In this document: in pieces, positions 18,444 through 24,916 of the stretch
Layout: every line of letters begins with the position of its first letter
How positions within the stretch are numbered: position 1 is the first letter of the stretch
IMG/VR virus record: IMGVR_UViG_3300029258_001854
DNA: 53,083 nucleotides
Direction: 5' to 3' (one strand)
DNA from: a virus
Made by a program: the position numbers and the translations under genes
Notes under the pieces: model-generated
Seen by the model: only the letters and a program-made list of their open reading frames with translations
The model's database searches: none
What the model was told of the DNA's origin: nothing

Positions 18444-18502
18444 CTCTATACCGACACGAGCCTTCACAGCTTCTGTCGGTATATTGACACACTACCTGTG
18501 TC
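18444..18502 (+). promoter_or_regulatory. Intercistronic two-hairpin element, copy A
   Basis: CTCTATA, then TATACCGACA...TGTCGGTATA (18447-18483), then TATATTGA, then GACAC..GTGTC (18486-18502). Confidence 0.7.
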
Positions 18503-18526
18503 CAACAACGTGAATAGGAATTTTGA

Positions 18527-18829
18527 ATGGCAATCCAGACGCAACGTGCACCCTTGTGGATCGAAGCATTGGTGCTCGGCAACGAGAAATTCCGTGCTCG
18601 GCAACTCGGTGAAGAGTTCGACGAGTTGGAATACTGCCAGAAGATGCATGGCTTCTATGATCAGGTCTGTGAGGATGGGTTCAGGGTCGCTGGGCGAGAC
18701 ACGCAGGCTCTTGAGGTGGAGCAGCTGGAGGAGCGCTGCGAATACTACGCCAAGCGCTACGAGGAACTCCTCAAGGAGCGTGACCCTGAACTCTGGGAGA
18801 AGACGTTCAAGCATCCGATGGGTGTGTAG
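18527..18829 (+). CDS. Hypothetical early protein
   Basis: 100 aa with an AGGAATTTTGAATG start cassette. Confidence 0.7.
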   Translation: MAIQTQRAPLWIEALVLGNEKFRARQLGEEFDELEYCQKMHGFYDQVCEDGFRVAGRDTQALEVEQLEERCEYYAKRYEELLKERDPELWEKTFKHPMGV

Positions 18830-18932
18830 CCAGTAGGGCACTAATTGCAGGATAAGTACCTGCCCTAGTGACCCTGGTTTCCCGATTCCGAAAAAGCCTA
18901 CATGCCACTAGTGCCAAAAATTGTTAGGGTCA

Positions 18933-18985
18933 TTTACTAACAATTTCTCAAAAAATTCTAGTGGTTTTACTAGCTTTTTACTAAC
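18933..18985 (+). repeat. Three TTTACTARC copies inside a roughly 460-bp ORF-poor region
   Basis: Copies at 18933, 18966 and 18977. CTAGTG/CACTAG motifs occur nearby (18862, 18907, 18958, 19177). Confidence 0.55.
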
Positions 18986-19252
18986 AGGTAAGTATCCGAA
19001 AAATAAGGGTTTTTTATATATCATATATAGGGACATCCTCTCTTACCCCCATGCTCCCTCTTGGGCAGCCTCATTTGCTCTGGTTGCCGTCTCTGGCGCC
19101 TGCGCGCTAACTGAGGTCGCTAACATAGGGGCAAATCGAAAAAACGTAATAAAATCGCGGACTTATCTGTTAGAAAGCACTAGCGAAAAGCTAGGGGCGG
19201 AAAATTGTTTTTCCAAAGGGCCTGAAAGCCCCTTTACTTCAGCGTAGAAATA

Positions 19253-19261
19253 CGCTATAAT
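19253..19261 (+). promoter_or_regulatory. CGCTATAAT promoter (-10), copy 1
   Basis: TTTACT, 17 nt, then TATAAT. A hairpin AAAGGGC..GCCCCTTT (about 19215-19238) precedes it. Confidence 0.6.
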
Positions 19262-19297
19262 AGCCCTACGGGCTGCAAAATTGACAAGGGAATGTAA

Positions 19298-19507
19298 ATG
19301 AAAATGAAGTATGCCTCGAAGCGCGACATGTTTGAGAACATCAAGTAGGTCGAGATTGGCCGATCTACTTACAGCGACGAGTGGGTCTGCCGTGCGTGGA
19401 TCTTGGTAGAGGGGAAGGTTGTCCGAGTGCCGGCTGCCGACTACTACACAGATGACCTCAAGGATGCGGAGGTGGCGAAAAGCGTGATGCTGGAGAAGGG
19501 AAAGTGA
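19298..19507 (+). pseudogene. ORF with the conserved start cassette, interrupted by an in-frame TAG at 19346-19348 (16 + 52 codons)
   Basis: Hand translation: MKMKYASKRDMFENIK * VEIGRSTYSDEWVCRAWILVEGKVVRVPAADYYTDDLKDAEVAKSVMLEKGK, ending at a TGA at 19505. Confidence 0.5.
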
Positions 19508-19572
19508 GACTAGGTGAAGCACTGTTCATCGCTGCCTTGATCTATTACCTCTACATTAGGAGTCAGATGTGA
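19504..19572 (+). CDS. Hydrophobic micro-ORF (22 aa, GTG start)
   Basis: MRLGEALFIAALIYYLYIRSQM. GTGA overlap with the upstream stop. Confidence 0.3.
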   Translation: MRLGEALFIAALIYYLYIRSQM

Positions 19573-19649
19573 AGGAAGTGGTTGCCATAATCTTCGCGTA
19601 CATGACCTTTGGCACTATCTGCCACGTCTACTTCAGCTTGACACTCTGA
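19569..19649 (+). CDS. Hydrophobic micro-ORF (26 aa, GTG start)
   Basis: MKEVVAIIFAYMTFGTICHVYFSLTL. AGGAG lies upstream and the junction reads ATGTGA. Confidence 0.3.
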   Translation: MKEVVAIIFAYMTFGTICHVYFSLTL

Positions 19650-19656
19650 GGCAAGA

Positions 19657-19707
19657 CTTTATATCCACAGGTTACACTGTGGGTATATTGAGTTGCTTCT
19701 AACTCAA
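19657..19707 (+). promoter_or_regulatory. Intercistronic two-hairpin element, copy B
   Basis: CTTTATA, then ATATCCACAG..CTGTGGGTAT, then TATATTGA, then TTGAGTT-GCTTCT-AACTCAA. Confidence 0.7.
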
Positions 19708-19726
19708 CTTGAATAAGGGAATTTGA

Positions 19727-20098
19727 ATGAGCATCTACAAAATTGCATACCGAGTGTGCCAGAACTACAATGAGTCTGGCTTCGCGTTCACGATTGATGA
19801 GCGGTCCAGTGATCTCGCAGGGGCGCAATTCTTCATCGAGTTTGATGCGAACCCTGACACATCCATCAAGATCTGGGAGGGTCATCGGACGAACACCTAC
19901 AACGTGAGGTGTCGCACTACTGATGACAACATCAGTGATCTCTGGAAGGATCTGGGGTTCCGCGTGGACATGGAGCCTGCGCCTCCTTCGATTGGTGTCG
20001 ATCAGCTGTATTCCTGCAGTCAGTCAACTCCCATCAAGGGTGGTGATATCGACGAACTGGTCACCTTCTGCCTGGATGTTGCCGACTATGTGGGTTGA
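19727..20098 (+). CDS. Hypothetical early protein
   Basis: 123 aa with an AAGGGAATTTGAATG start cassette. Confidence 0.7.
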   Translation: MSIYKIAYRVCQNYNESGFAFTIDERSSDLAGAQFFIEFDANPDTSIKIWEGHRTNTYNVRCRTTDDNISDLWKDLGFRVDMEPAPPSIGVDQLYSCSQSTPIKGGDIDELVTFCLDVADYVG

Positions 20099-20321
20099 TG
20101 AGATCTGCGAACTGAGGCGACGTGCTGACCAAGCGGAAAGCATCGGTGATCACCTGGAAGTTGCTGACATCAAGGCGACTCTGTGCCACTTGGACTACGA
20201 CTTGATGAAGTTGTACGACAAGCCACAGGTCGAGGTCGATGATCAGTGGAAGACGGTGGTCTTCTGGAACATGGTCTGCTCCTATCACTTCCACTACAAG
20301 GAGGCAACGGAATGTATCTGA
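20088..20321 (+). CDS. Hypothetical early protein
   Basis: In-frame ATG at 20088 (MWVDEICELRR...). The longer tracked start at 19923 would overlap the previous gene almost entirely. Confidence 0.55.
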   Translation: MWVDEICELRRRADQAESIGDHLEVADIKATLCHLDYDLMKLYDKPQVEVDDQWKTVVFWNMVCSYHFHYKEATECI

Positions 20322-20374
20322 TCTGGCTGATCGTGATGGCATTCAGTGCCTGGGTGTTCCACGATGCGTCCTGA
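20312..20374 (+). CDS. Hydrophobic micro-ORF (20 aa)
   Basis: MYLIWLIVMAFSAWVFHDAS, with AAGGAGGCAACGGAATG upstream. Confidence 0.3.
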   Translation: MYLIWLIVMAFSAWVFHDAS

Positions 20375-20531
20375 CTACAAGGATAAGTTCACAATGAAAG
20401 CAAGGTACGAAATCTTCAACCTGGAGACGGGTGAAGTGTTCGAGGGCGGATTCTTCACGCTGGAAGCAGCTGAGGACTACGCCTGGGAGCACTACCGTGA
20501 CAAGCCTCACGGTATTCGACAGGTGGGCTAA
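20346..20531 (+). CDS. Hypothetical early protein (start uncertain)
   Basis: Tracked 61-aa ORF. Alternative ATGs lie at 20364 and 20394. Confidence 0.5.
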   Translation: MPGCSTMRPDYKDKFTMKARYEIFNLETGEVFEGGFFTLEAAEDYAWEHYRDKPHGIRQVG

Positions 20532-20537
20532 GCACCA

Positions 20538-20584
20538 CTTTATATGGTCAGGCGACTGGCCATATATTGAGTTGCTTAACTCAA
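20538..20584 (+). promoter_or_regulatory. Intercistronic two-hairpin element, copy C
   Basis: CTTTATA, then TATATGGTCAG-GCGA-CTGGCCATATA, then TATATTGA, then TTGAGTT-GCTT-AACTCAA. Confidence 0.7.
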
Positions 20585-20597
20585 AAGGAGAATGTGA

Positions 20598-20822
20598 ATG
20601 AAGGCCAAAGGCAAGCAATGGCATGAGGGCACAAAGGTGGAATACTTGGGTGGCACCAAGATCCGCTTCACTTGCCCTCGTGGTCATCGCAAAACCCATG
20701 ATTACAGCAAGGGGCCTGTTCACAAGCGCATGGGAGAGTTTGGCTGTGAGTTCATGGCCAAAAGCTGGCAGCGCAATCGCGTTGTCTACCGATGCGTAAA
20801 GTGTGAAAAAAGGAGAATGTGA
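20598..20822 (+). CDS. Zinc-ribbon-like small basic protein
   Basis: 74 aa with FTCPRGH...YRCVKCEK. Start cassette AAGGAGAATGTGAATG. Confidence 0.65.
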   Translation: MKAKGKQWHEGTKVEYLGGTKIRFTCPRGHRKTHDYSKGPVHKRMGEFGCEFMAKSWQRNRVVYRCVKCEKRRM

Positions 20823-21068
20823 ATGAGAATGGAAGATCAGGATATCTTGCCCGGTGATATCATCGAAGTTGGTATCCACGAAGGCAAGACTGTGACTCGT
20901 GTCGAGTTGGACCCTAGTACCAACATGCTTTGGTACAAGGTGGGTGGTCGGTGGATCACTCGTGGCAACCTCATGCTTTCCTTCAGCCCGAGTGCTCAGG
21001 AGAGGGAGCAGGTGGACTTCGTGACTTCTGAGTGGTTCGAGAAGCGAGTCAGGAGGTTGAAGCTGTGA
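20823..21068 (+). CDS. Hypothetical early protein
   Basis: 81 aa. The identical AAGGAGAATGTGAATG cassette spans the upstream stop. Confidence 0.65.
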   Translation: MRMEDQDILPGDIIEVGIHEGKTVTRVELDPSTNMLWYKVGGRWITRGNLMLSFSPSAQEREQVDFVTSEWFEKRVRRLKL

Positions 21069-21247
21069 ATGATCCTGAATTGGTCGCTGGTCGGATGCTC
21101 TCCCAGAGGATGCACCGTGGCGTCAAGATCAAGGATGCCAAGCGGAGTGCCTACCTGATGGCTGAGGCTCATTGGCGAAATGCAGTGGAGAATCAGGAAA
21201 CTGGAAGCGTGATCTTCTGGAGAAAGGTGAAGGAGATTCTCAGATGA
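21065..21247 (+). CDS. Hypothetical early protein (GTG start)
   Basis: GTGA overlap with the upstream stop. 60 aa. Confidence 0.5.
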   Translation: MNDPELVAGRMLSQRMHRGVKIKDAKRSAYLMAEAHWRNAVENQETGSVIFWRKVKEILR

Positions 21248-21627
21248 GATGTTACATCGTGCCTTGGATTGGCGGAGGCAAGTCCTACTTCACAGAGGCT
21301 GAACTTCCCAACGTCATTGGCCCTGATAAGGCCAAGCTGCTGACAAGTGAGTTCCCGGCAATGTACTGTGTTGGGCGTAGTGAATGTGATTTCTACTACG
21401 TCTCAACTACATTCCTGGGGCATTCCTTCAATGGATGTGAACCGCCCACTCCGTTTGAGTCAATGGCCTTCATGAAGGAGAATGGCGAGATCAATTTCAT
21501 GGACATTGACCGTATGCAAGCAACCACTTGGGAGAACGCTGAAAACAATCACCGTGTGCTTGTCGAGAGGTACTTGACCAAGCTGCCGGATGATTGGCCG
21601 AAACTGGAATGGTGGAGGATGGACTGA
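21244..21627 (+). CDS. Hypothetical early protein
   Basis: ATGA overlap. 127 aa (MRCYIVPWIGGGKSYFTE...). Confidence 0.6.
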   Translation: MRCYIVPWIGGGKSYFTEAELPNVIGPDKAKLLTSEFPAMYCVGRSECDFYYVSTTFLGHSFNGCEPPTPFESMAFMKENGEINFMDIDRMQATTWENAENNHRVLVERYLTKLPDDWPKLEWWRMD

Positions 21628-21842
21628 TGCCGAGATGTGAAGACTTCCCTTGTTGTGGTCATCAAGATCCCGATGGGACTTCTTGGTGCCCTGATGAAGA
21701 TGGACGCTTTGACTGCGTCCTGTGCTACAGCAAGTTGCCGAAAGGTGCAACGAGCTCAGTGTGCCAAGGCTGCATGAACAGGCGGCGCTACTTGGACCCG
21801 TTTGAACGAGAGTTCGATGACAGAGAGGAGATGGACTATTGA
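21627..21842 (+). CDS. Cys-rich small protein (metal-binding candidate)
   Basis: TGATG junction. EDFPCCGH...WCPDEDGRFDCVLC...CQGC. Confidence 0.55.
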   Translation: MPRCEDFPCCGHQDPDGTSWCPDEDGRFDCVLCYSKLPKGATSSVCQGCMNRRRYLDPFEREFDDREEMDY

Positions 21843-22051
21843 AGCCCAAGATTTCCAAGAACAGCAAGCTCTGGGTGGACAAGGCTCCTGCTGAAAAGGC
21901 AGAGGTCATCAGAGAGGATGCAGCAATGCTCCGATCACAGGCACACGCCTACATGGTCAAAGCCAGGATGTGCCAGGATGATGCCAAAGCCTTGGAGACT
22001 CACGCCAAGAAATTGGAGAAAGGAGAGGCAACCGAACCCTATCAGTGGTGA
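21839..22051 (+). CDS. Hypothetical early protein (TTG start)
   Basis: TTGA overlap. 70 aa, helical and charged. Confidence 0.5.
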   Translation: MKPKISKNSKLWVDKAPAEKAEVIREDAAMLRSQAHAYMVKARMCQDDAKALETHAKKLEKGEATEPYQW

Positions 22052-22057
22052 GGTGCA

Positions 22058-22104
22058 CTTTATACACTCACTAACACTGAGTGTATATTGAGCAATTCAG
22101 CTCA
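22058..22104 (+). promoter_or_regulatory. Intercistronic two-hairpin element, copy D
   Basis: CTTTATA, then TATACACTCA..TGAGTGTATA, then TATATTGA, then TGAGC-AATTCA-GCTCA. Confidence 0.7.
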
Positions 22105-22116
22105 GATGGAGGAAGT

Positions 22117-22341
22117 ATGGGACTCACAATTGCAAAGATGGAACAGGAGTTTCTTGACATCACTGGCTATGAAAGCATCAATGAGTATCTCGACAGTGGA
22201 GAGGCTCTTGATAGCATTCAGCTGGGGATCTGCAAGGAATGTGGGTACAGCACCAATGTGGAACCGGATCAGGACAAGGGCTGGTGTGCACAATGTGATG
22301 CTGGTACTGTTCAGTCCATTCTCGTCATCTTGGGTATGTGA
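22117..22341 (+). CDS. Zinc-ribbon small protein
   Basis: GGAGGAAGTATG start. CKECGY...CAQCD. Confidence 0.6.
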   Translation: MGLTIAKMEQEFLDITGYESINEYLDSGEALDSIQLGICKECGYSTNVEPDQDKGWCAQCDAGTVQSILVILGM

Positions 22342-22784
22342 TGAACTGCTTTGTGACTAGCAAACAAAAGTTCTGGTCAGATTGGCACCCGAGTGGAGAG
22401 TTCTCAGTCATCTCCATTCAGTCTCCTCCCACACCTTGGGGTGAAGGCAGCTTGACTCCAATAGATGAAAGGTGGACTCAATCCATTGTCCTTGAGTTCC
22501 ATGACATTCTCCCTGATGATACAGTGGACAGGCCGTACACTTTGTTCAGCAAGGAGATGGCAAGTGAGCTCTTTGACTTTATCAGCAGTAGAGTCAAGAG
22601 GGGCAATGAACATAGCTTCCTAGTTCACTGTGATGCTGGAATGAGCAGATCTGTGGCAGTGGGTATGTTCATCAAGGAATACTACAACTACTTTCTGCAC
22701 CTCGAAGTTGCCCAGGATTGTAGCGCGTACAATGTGCACGTTTTTAATCTACTCCGAAGGCAATGGATGCAGAAAGAGGGGTAG
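22341..22784 (+). CDS. Cys-based phosphatase-like protein (CX5R motif)
   Basis: FLVHCDAGMSRSVAVGMF matches the HC-X5-R-S signature of protein-tyrosine/dual-specificity/polynucleotide phosphatases. Confidence 0.6.
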   Translation: MNCFVTSKQKFWSDWHPSGEFSVISIQSPPTPWGEGSLTPIDERWTQSIVLEFHDILPDDTVDRPYTLFSKEMASELFDFISSRVKRGNEHSFLVHCDAGMSRSVAVGMFIKEYYNYFLHLEVAQDCSAYNVHVFNLLRRQWMQKEG

Positions 22785-22801
22785 CGCCAACGTCTCATAT
22801 G

Positions 22802-22810
22802 CGCTATAAT
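22802..22810 (+). promoter_or_regulatory. CGCTATAAT promoter (-10), copy 2
   Basis: ATGCGCTATAATAGCG lies 30 nt upstream of the 22841 ATG. Confidence 0.6.
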
Positions 22811-22840
22811 AGCGTAACCCCCTTGAATTAAGGAGTTTGA

Positions 22841-23326
22841 ATGAACATCTTTTATCTTCACGCCGATCCTCACGTTGCTGCACAATATCAGTGTGACAAG
22901 CATGTTGTCAAGATGATTCTTGAGACTGCTCAAATGCTGAGTACAGCACATCGGGAGTTGTCAGACGAGTGTGATATTCCTGAGCATGCCTATAAGGCAA
23001 CTCATGTCAATCATCCTTGCAGTATCTGGGTGCGTGAAAGTGGATACAACTACGAATGGGCATATGAGCACTTCATTGCCCTTTGTAAAGAGTATTCATT
23101 CAGATATGACAAGACCCACCTGACTTACAAAAAGCTAGGTGCATCACTCTTGCTTCCACCGACTAAGATGAAGCTGGGTCATTTCACCGAGCCTCCTCAG
23201 TGCATGCCAGATCAGTACAAGCACTCTGATCCTGTTCAAGCATACCGTGCCTATTACAAGGGTGATAAGGCAGATATTGCTCAATGGTCAAAGGGGCGAC
23301 CTGCTCCCAGTTGGTGGAAAGCATGA
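22841..23326 (+). CDS. Conserved viral protein of unknown function
   Basis: 161 aa. The N-terminal MNIFYLHADPHVAAQYQCDKHVVKMILETAQML looks like a motif I recall from other phage and giant-virus proteins. I do not assign a function. Confidence 0.6.
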   Translation: MNIFYLHADPHVAAQYQCDKHVVKMILETAQMLSTAHRELSDECDIPEHAYKATHVNHPCSIWVRESGYNYEWAYEHFIALCKEYSFRYDKTHLTYKKLGASLLLPPTKMKLGHFTEPPQCMPDQYKHSDPVQAYRAYYKGDKADIAQWSKGRPAPSWWKA

Positions 23327-23514
23327 AGAGAAATGACAACTGTGTAATCTGCGGGCTTACCAGTGAGTTCATCAATGGTCTGAACTCAAAGCAAGAATGT
23401 GAAAACTGTGAAGCCTTGTTTGATATCGTAGATGAAGATGAGGTGGATCTTTCAATAGTGGAGGATGGGTATGACTGGATCAATAGATACCGAAGAAGTC
23501 GTCAAGAAGTTTGA
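23323..23514 (+). CDS. Zinc-ribbon small protein
   Basis: ATGA overlap. CVICG...CENC. Confidence 0.5.
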   Translation: MKRNDNCVICGLTSEFINGLNSKQECENCEALFDIVDEDEVDLSIVEDGYDWINRYRRSRQEV

Positions 23515-23821
23515 ACCTCTCGGCCATGCAATCCAAGGGTTTGTTGCAGGACTAGTGAACTTTCACTGGTACACCTGGAAGCGGGAGGTAAAGCAATACC
23601 CTCCTGCCACAGATAGACTGCCGCCTGTTTGGATTGATACAGAAGATGTAGTTCACTCTGTGCTAACCAAAAACTCTGATCTTTACTTTGCTGCCGAGCG
23701 AGTTGATGATGTTTACAGTGACTTCATGGACTATCACGTTGGCTATATGCTCGCAGGAATCTTCAAAGACATTGTGTGGATGGCTATTGTAGTATGCTTG
23801 ATTGCGAAGGGTTCGTGGTAG
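23465..23821 (+). CDS. Hypothetical protein with C-terminal hydrophobic segment
   Basis: 118 aa. IVWMAIVVCLIAKGSW at the C-terminus. Confidence 0.5.
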   Translation: MGMTGSIDTEEVVKKFEPLGHAIQGFVAGLVNFHWYTWKREVKQYPPATDRLPPVWIDTEDVVHSVLTKNSDLYFAAERVDDVYSDFMDYHVGYMLAGIFKDIVWMAIVVCLIAKGSW

Positions 23822-23961
23822 TCTGTGTCCAATGTAGAGAGCTCACAGACAAAACAGTTGATGGAATGTGCGATATCTGTGTTGAGGAGTATCTCGCCAG
23901 GGTTGCCGCAGACAATTGTAAAAGGTCTAATGCGAGACAAGCAACTCAGAGAAGAAGCTAA
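23776..23961 (+). CDS. Cys-rich small protein (start uncertain; GTG at 23815 possible)
   Basis: CVQC...CDIC. Confidence 0.4.
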   Translation: MDGYCSMLDCEGFVVVCVQCRELTDKTVDGMCDICVEEYLARVAADNCKRSNARQATQRRS

Positions 23962-23987
23962 AAAGGGTAGATTGCAAATTCGATCTA

Positions 23988-23996
23988 CGCTATAAT
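23988..23996 (+). promoter_or_regulatory. CGCTATAAT promoter (-10), copy 3
   Basis: TAGATT, 17 nt, then TATAAT. Confidence 0.55.
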
Positions 23997-24001
23997 TAGG
24001 G

Positions 24002-24058
24002 GGTTCCGTCGGCAAATACCCCCTCTAGTGCAGGTCGTACTAATTTGTCGGCGGAACC
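24002..24058 (+). promoter_or_regulatory. Structured 5' leader: 14-bp helix with two G.U pairs
   Basis: GGTTCCGTCGGCAA (24002-24015) pairs with TTGTCGGCGGAACC (24045-24058). The wobble pairs work only for the plus-strand RNA. Confidence 0.5.
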
Positions 24059-24077
24059 AACCTAAAGGTGAATGTGA

Positions 24078-24410
24078 ATGACGAGAATTATGCATCTGAT
24101 TCAAGAGATGGTTTGCGAATGTGATGAGATTGCTAGTGATGATCCTTGCATTCAATGCCAGCTGGCTGAAGAACTTGTTTCTGCTACTGATGATCTTAAA
24201 AAGGTAAGTGAACAGTGTGCAGCCCTCAAGAGGGAGAATGTGCAAGTTCACAAAACTTACAAACGCATCCAAGAAGTTCATGAGATGCATATTGATGCTC
24301 TTAACAGATATTGGCACCGTGGTCACAAAGACTGCCCTTGTGAAGATGGGAAGTTTCCTGCTAGGTGTGAATCAATCTGGCTCAAGACTAGGTTTTCTGA
24401 AACTTTATGA
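24078..24410 (+). CDS. Hypothetical Cys-rich/coiled-coil protein
   Basis: 110 aa with start cassette AAAGGTGAATGTGAATG. Confidence 0.65.
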   Translation: MTRIMHLIQEMVCECDEIASDDPCIQCQLAEELVSATDDLKKVSEQCAALKRENVQVHKTYKRIQEVHEMHIDALNRYWHRGHKDCPCEDGKFPARCESIWLKTRFSETL

Positions 24411-24595
24411 CTACACAAGCGCAAAAGTATCGTAACAACCTCATAAGTGCTATAGGTACTGTTATGAGGGAGTGTCCTGATTTGACTTTCCAGCAAATCA
24501 TCAAATCAGTCTTTGATGGGAAGAGCATTCCTGCTGATGACAAAGATGCATATGATCAAATCATTCGCTGGATGATTAATCATGGGGACTCTTAG
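24407..24595 (+). CDS. Hypothetical small protein
   Basis: 62 aa. ATGA overlap upstream. Its last 10 nt overlap the tRNA 5' end. Confidence 0.55.
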   Translation: MTTQAQKYRNNLISAIGTVMRECPDLTFQQIIKSVFDGKSIPADDKDAYDQIIRWMINHGDS

Positions 24596-24662
24596 CTCAG
24601 TTGGTTAGAGCGCCCGGCTCATAACCGGATGGTCCTGGGTTCAAGTCCCAGAGAGTCCACCA
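24586..24662 (+). tRNA. tRNA, anticodon CAT (elongator Met or Ile2-lysidine type), CCA encoded
   Basis: Hand-folded cloverleaf: acceptor GGACTCT/AGAGTCC, D GCTC/GAGC, anticodon loop CTCATAA, T CTGGG-TTCAAGT-CCCAG, A73, CCA. Confidence 0.85.
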
Positions 24663-24678
24663 CTTTACTTGGAGCAAA

Positions 24679-24873
24679 ATGAACTGCACAATATGTAATG
24701 AGTATGTGAATCCAAAACGAATTAAAATTGGCTATAAAACTTGTCTAAAATGCGGTCAGCATTTTGCTGAAAAAGAATCAGCAAGAAGGAAGAAATGCAT
24801 TGCTCCTGCATTCAACAAAGGTCCATACATGTATGTGACTGGTAAAAGTATGGCAAAGGATGTAGGCAAGTAA
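24679..24873 (+). CDS. TraR/DksA-like C4 zinc-finger protein (tentative)
   Basis: CTICNEYVNPKRIKIGYKTCLKCGQ. GGAG lies upstream. Confidence 0.5.
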   Translation: MNCTICNEYVNPKRIKIGYKTCLKCGQHFAEKESARRKKCIAPAFNKGPYMYVTGKSMAKDVGK

Positions 24874-24916
24874 AGCTCGCCCCTGCTGGCATACCGGGGT
24901 CTAAACTTGTATGCCA

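Noticed and set aside
18921-19247. 108-aa plus-strand ORF in the long intergenic region
   Set aside because: It has a TTG start and lacks both an SD and the conserved cassette. The frame runs through the repeat motifs, an A/T palindrome and a terminator-like hairpin, and the composition is not protein-like.
19346-19348. Stop-codon reassignment or a suppressor tRNA explaining the in-frame TAG
   Set aside because: None of the five tRNAs has a CTA, TTA or TCA anticodon. TAG also clearly terminates several well-delimited genes, including those ending at 17890, 18435, 18829, 24595 and 25364.
19163-19522. 119-aa minus-strand ORF
   Set aside because: It is the only minus-strand ORF in a 24-kb plus-strand block. 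It is antisense to the cassette-headed ORF at 19298 and covers a plus-strand promoter.
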